From positions 20,526,857 through 20,590,856 of the forward strand of contig OZ316893.1 of the NCBI GenBank assembly GCA_973895155.1: a stretch of 64,000 nt of DNA, read 5' to 3'. Of the stretch, positions 60,989 through 64,000 are shown piece after piece (positions within the stretch are counted from its first letter, which is position 1; every line of letters begins with the position of its first letter). Both the position numbers and the translations under genes were made by a program. The stretch comes from Marsupella aquatica (lineage: Eukaryota > Plantae > Marchantiophyta). Under the pieces are notes generated by a model. It had not been told where the DNA came from and ran no database searches. It was given only the letters and a program-made list of their open reading frames with translations.

Positions 60989-63900
60989 ATGGAGCAGAAG
61001 AGCAAAATTGGCGCGGAGAATTCCGAGTCGGGTGTCAAGATGGAGAATACAATCAAGGAAATATGGATCACGGCAAACCCACGAACAAAGGAGCGAACAG
61101 TGCAGACGAGAGTGCAGATGAAATCAGAGTCACAAAATGTTTCGGAGAAAGATGCCCGAATGGTTATTGAAACGAAAAAGAGGAAAAGACAGGAGGTAGA
61201 AGTTGAAGTACAAGAGGACACGATAATGTTTGCAGATCAGCCAGATGAGGAAGGGGCACCACGTTTTACTCAGATTTCACATCGAAATCACACAACGAAG
61301 GACCACGAGCGAGATGCTCTTCGAATTCTGAAAACGAAGGCTATTTGTCTAGAACGTGAGATAGGTGATACTAAGCGTGCTTATCAGGAGCTACGAGCAG
61401 AAGGAGATGAGGTCAAACGAGAAAATGCTAAGTTACGGTCGTTGTCCACCGCGACTGTGAGGCTTCAAAGTGAGCGCGATCACGCATGGAATGAGCGCAA
61501 TACCGCATGGAATGAGCGCGATATCGCATGGAATGAGCGCGATAGTGCATGGAGTCAGTGCGAGCATTTCAGAAAGTCGTACCACATTTTGCTGCAGCAC
61601 TATCAAGAGTTGGAAATAATTAAGAATGAAGCAGCAATTGAATTACGAGATGAGAGGATAAAATCCGCCTTTCATTTAGAGAACGAAAGGAGAATCCGCC
61701 AATATCTCGTAGATATGAAGCGAAAGGACCGAGAGTCCGTGGAATGTCTGCAAGCAGACAAGCAAAAGTTAGTAGAACAACTAGATGAGAAAAAGCAGAA
61801 GGCAGATGCTCAGATACAGTCATTGACTAGCGACAAAACAAGTCTACAAGTTGAGCTTGATGCTGCACGGACTGCTATACAGACAGGGAAGTCGGTGTAT
61901 GAGAACAAACTGGCCATCGCTCTGTTAGAGAAAGAAAATGTGGAAAAGAAATTGGCTCTGGTCGAGGGCGAAAGAGTTGCTACATCAATTACAGTGGTCC
62001 AGCAGAAAGCCCAAGTGACGAAGCTTGAGGCCAAACTGACAACTGCTTTGACAACGAAAGAATGCCTGGAAAAGAAATTGGCTCTGGTCAACGCTGAAAG
62101 AGATGCTACATCAGGTGCATTGGTCCAGAAGAAAGCCCAAGCCAAAGCGATGAAGCTTGAGGCCGAATTGGAGACTGCTTTGACAACGACAGAGAATCTG
62201 GAAAAGAAATTGGCTCTGGTCGAGGGCGAGCGAGACGCTACAAAACTTCAAATGGGTCGACAGAAAGCTCAGGAACGCAACGACGAGCTTAAAGTTCAGA
62301 AGACTCTTATCGGCCAAAAACGGAAGCTTGATTCTGATATTTCGCAGAGACGGAAGGAAGCACAAGAAGATACAAGAAAGCTGGTGACAGCTAATCAGAA
62401 TGACTTGGCCGAGGCTAGGTTGGAAATTGCCCACCTGAAGATGCGTCTCGAGTACTCGAGGGAGGAGAAGAATCAATTGGGATATAATCTCAGTGCCATA
62501 CAGAAGGAAGCAGCCGAAGATAAGAGAGACTTGGTATTCGCACAGTCGGAAATAGTTCACCTGAAAAACTCCTTGAGGGAGAACCATCGACTGGAAAAGC
62601 TGGAAAAAGATATCAGTCTCATACAGGAGGAAGCAGCCGAATCTGAGAGAGCTCTGATGCAAGCACATGCCGATATATCCCAACTCAACGAATCCTTTAA
62701 GGAAGACGAGAATCAACTAGAAAAGCTGGAATATGATGTTAATCTCATGCGGGAGGAAGCAGCTGAAGACAAGAAGTTGGTGCAAGCACAAAAGAATGAA
62801 TTGGACGAGGCTAGATCTAGTTTAGTCCATCAAAAGATGAAGCTCGAATCACTGAGGGAGGAGAAGAAGAATGTGGAACGTAACCTCAGTCTCATACAGG
62901 TGGAAGCAGCCCAAAATAAAGGAATGTTGGTGCACGCAGATAATGAGTTGGGCGAGGCTAGGAGGAACATGTACCACCTGAAATTGGAGCTCGAAGCCTT
63001 GAGGGAGGAGAAGAAGCGTCTGGAAAATGACATTAATTTCACACAGGAGGGAGCAGATGAAGAGAAAAGGAAAACGATGCAAGCACAGAAGACTCAGTTG
63101 GCTGAGGCTACGAAGAATAAAGTCCACCTGAAAATGGAGCTTGATTCCTTGAGGAAGGACAAGAAGCGCCTGGAAAACAAACTAGAGAAATCAGCCGAAC
63201 AGAAAAGAAAACTGTTGCAAGCACATAACATTGAGTTGGACGAGGCTAGAACCAATACAGCAGAGTTGAAAAGGGAGCTCGAGTCGTCGTGGGAGGAGAG
63301 GAATCGACTGGCAAAGCTGGAATATGATATCTGTCGCGTACAGGAGGGAGCTGCTGAAGACAAGACAAAGTTGGTGCAAACACTGAGGGAGTTGCATGAG
63401 GCTAGAACGGATGTAGTCGGCCTGGAAAGGGAGATCGAATCTTTAAGGGAGGAAAAGAGGCGACTTGGACAGCTGGAATATGAGGTCCAATCGTTAAGGC
63501 AGGAAAGGAACCGTCTGGACTATGAGGTCAGCCGCATACAGGAGGAAACAGCTGAAGATAAGAGAAAGGTGGTGCACGAACATAGATATCAGTTGGATGA
63601 GGCTAGAACGCACATAGGCTACCTCAAATTGGAGCTCGAATCCTCGAGGCTGGAGAAGAATCGACTGGACAGTGCTCAGGAAACGATCGTCAGGAATCTC
63701 GAGGAAGCAAAAGCGCAAGTCGTCCGCCTCAAATCGGAGCTCCAATCTTTGAGGGAGGAGAAAAGTCTCCTGCACAGTGCTCATGAAAATCTAGTGAGAA
63801 ATCTCGAGGAAGAAAAAGAGAGAAGTCTGTGCCAAATTTGCCTGGACTCACCAAAAGACACCATCTCCTTTCCGTGTCTGCATTTACAATATTGTTACTC

Positions 63901-63991
63901 TTGCTTGGAGAAGCACAGAAAGCGAAGTAACACTTGTCCTAGTTGCCGGACCACCATCAACGGTGTAACTTGTCTGTCCTTACTATCCTGA
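60989..63991 (+). CDS. Repeat-built coiled-coil protein with C-terminal RING-HC finger (putative E3 ligase), intronless
   Basis: 1000-aa ORF; CQIC...FPCLHLQYCYSC...CPSCR; E/K/L-rich internal repeats; NLS-like KKRKR. Confidence 0.88.
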   Translation: MEQKSKIGAENSESGVKMENTIKEIWITANPRTKERTVQTRVQMKSESQNVSEKDARMVIETKKRKRQEVEVEVQEDTIMFADQPDEEGAPRFTQISHRNHTTKDHERDALRILKTKAICLEREIGDTKRAYQELRAEGDEVKRENAKLRSLSTATVRLQSERDHAWNERNTAWNERDIAWNERDSAWSQCEHFRKSYHILLQHYQELEIIKNEAAIELRDERIKSAFHLENERRIRQYLVDMKRKDRESVECLQADKQKLVEQLDEKKQKADAQIQSLTSDKTSLQVELDAARTAIQTGKSVYENKLAIALLEKENVEKKLALVEGERVATSITVVQQKAQVTKLEAKLTTALTTKECLEKKLALVNAERDATSGALVQKKAQAKAMKLEAELETALTTTENLEKKLALVEGERDATKLQMGRQKAQERNDELKVQKTLIGQKRKLDSDISQRRKEAQEDTRKLVTANQNDLAEARLEIAHLKMRLEYSREEKNQLGYNLSAIQKEAAEDKRDLVFAQSEIVHLKNSLRENHRLEKLEKDISLIQEEAAESERALMQAHADISQLNESFKEDENQLEKLEYDVNLMREEAAEDKKLVQAQKNELDEARSSLVHQKMKLESLREEKKNVERNLSLIQVEAAQNKGMLVHADNELGEARRNMYHLKLELEALREEKKRLENDINFTQEGADEEKRKTMQAQKTQLAEATKNKVHLKMELDSLRKDKKRLENKLEKSAEQKRKLLQAHNIELDEARTNTAELKRELESSWEERNRLAKLEYDICRVQEGAAEDKTKLVQTLRELHEARTDVVGLEREIESLREEKRRLGQLEYEVQSLRQERNRLDYEVSRIQEETAEDKRKVVHEHRYQLDEARTHIGYLKLELESSRLEKNRLDSAQETIVRNLEEAKAQVVRLKSELQSLREEKSLLHSAHENLVRNLEEEKERSLCQICLDSPKDTISFPCLHLQYCYSCLEKHRKRSNTCPSCRTTINGVTCLSLLS

Positions 63992-64000
63992 TGATGTAAT

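Noticed and set aside
61620-63784. Antisense ORFs over the RING gene
   Set aside because: Shadow frames of a repetitive coding sequence

Overview
Eukaryotic land-plant DNA (inferred non-seed plant, e.g. bryophyte or lycophyte), repeat-rich. Three host genes: a multi-exon TTM1/2-like uridine-kinase/CYTH gene (- strand, 17753-22976), an intronless adenylyl-sulfate kinase (54124-54996) and an intronless 1000-aa coiled-coil/RING protein (60989-63991). The standout is a decayed Ty3/gypsy retrotransposon (~3.3-12.4 kb) whose polyprotein carries a complete DNMT3/DRM-like C5 cytosine methyltransferase between protease and RT and a PHD finger at the integrase C-terminus. A three-level nest occupies 30.8-48.2 kb. 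A CRE-like non-LTR element (12-bp TSD) is interrupted by a ~3.9-kb TG...CA unit with a 5-bp TSD that has its own TATA box, motif array and an env-like/coiled-coil ORF. That unit is in turn interrupted by a full-length gypsy element with 1413-bp RY-motif-rich LTRs and a candidate -1 frameshift between protease and RT. Also present: a third copy of that LTR, two copies of a non-autonomous Helitron and two tRNA-derived SINE-like heads. All calls were made by eye; no database searches were run.
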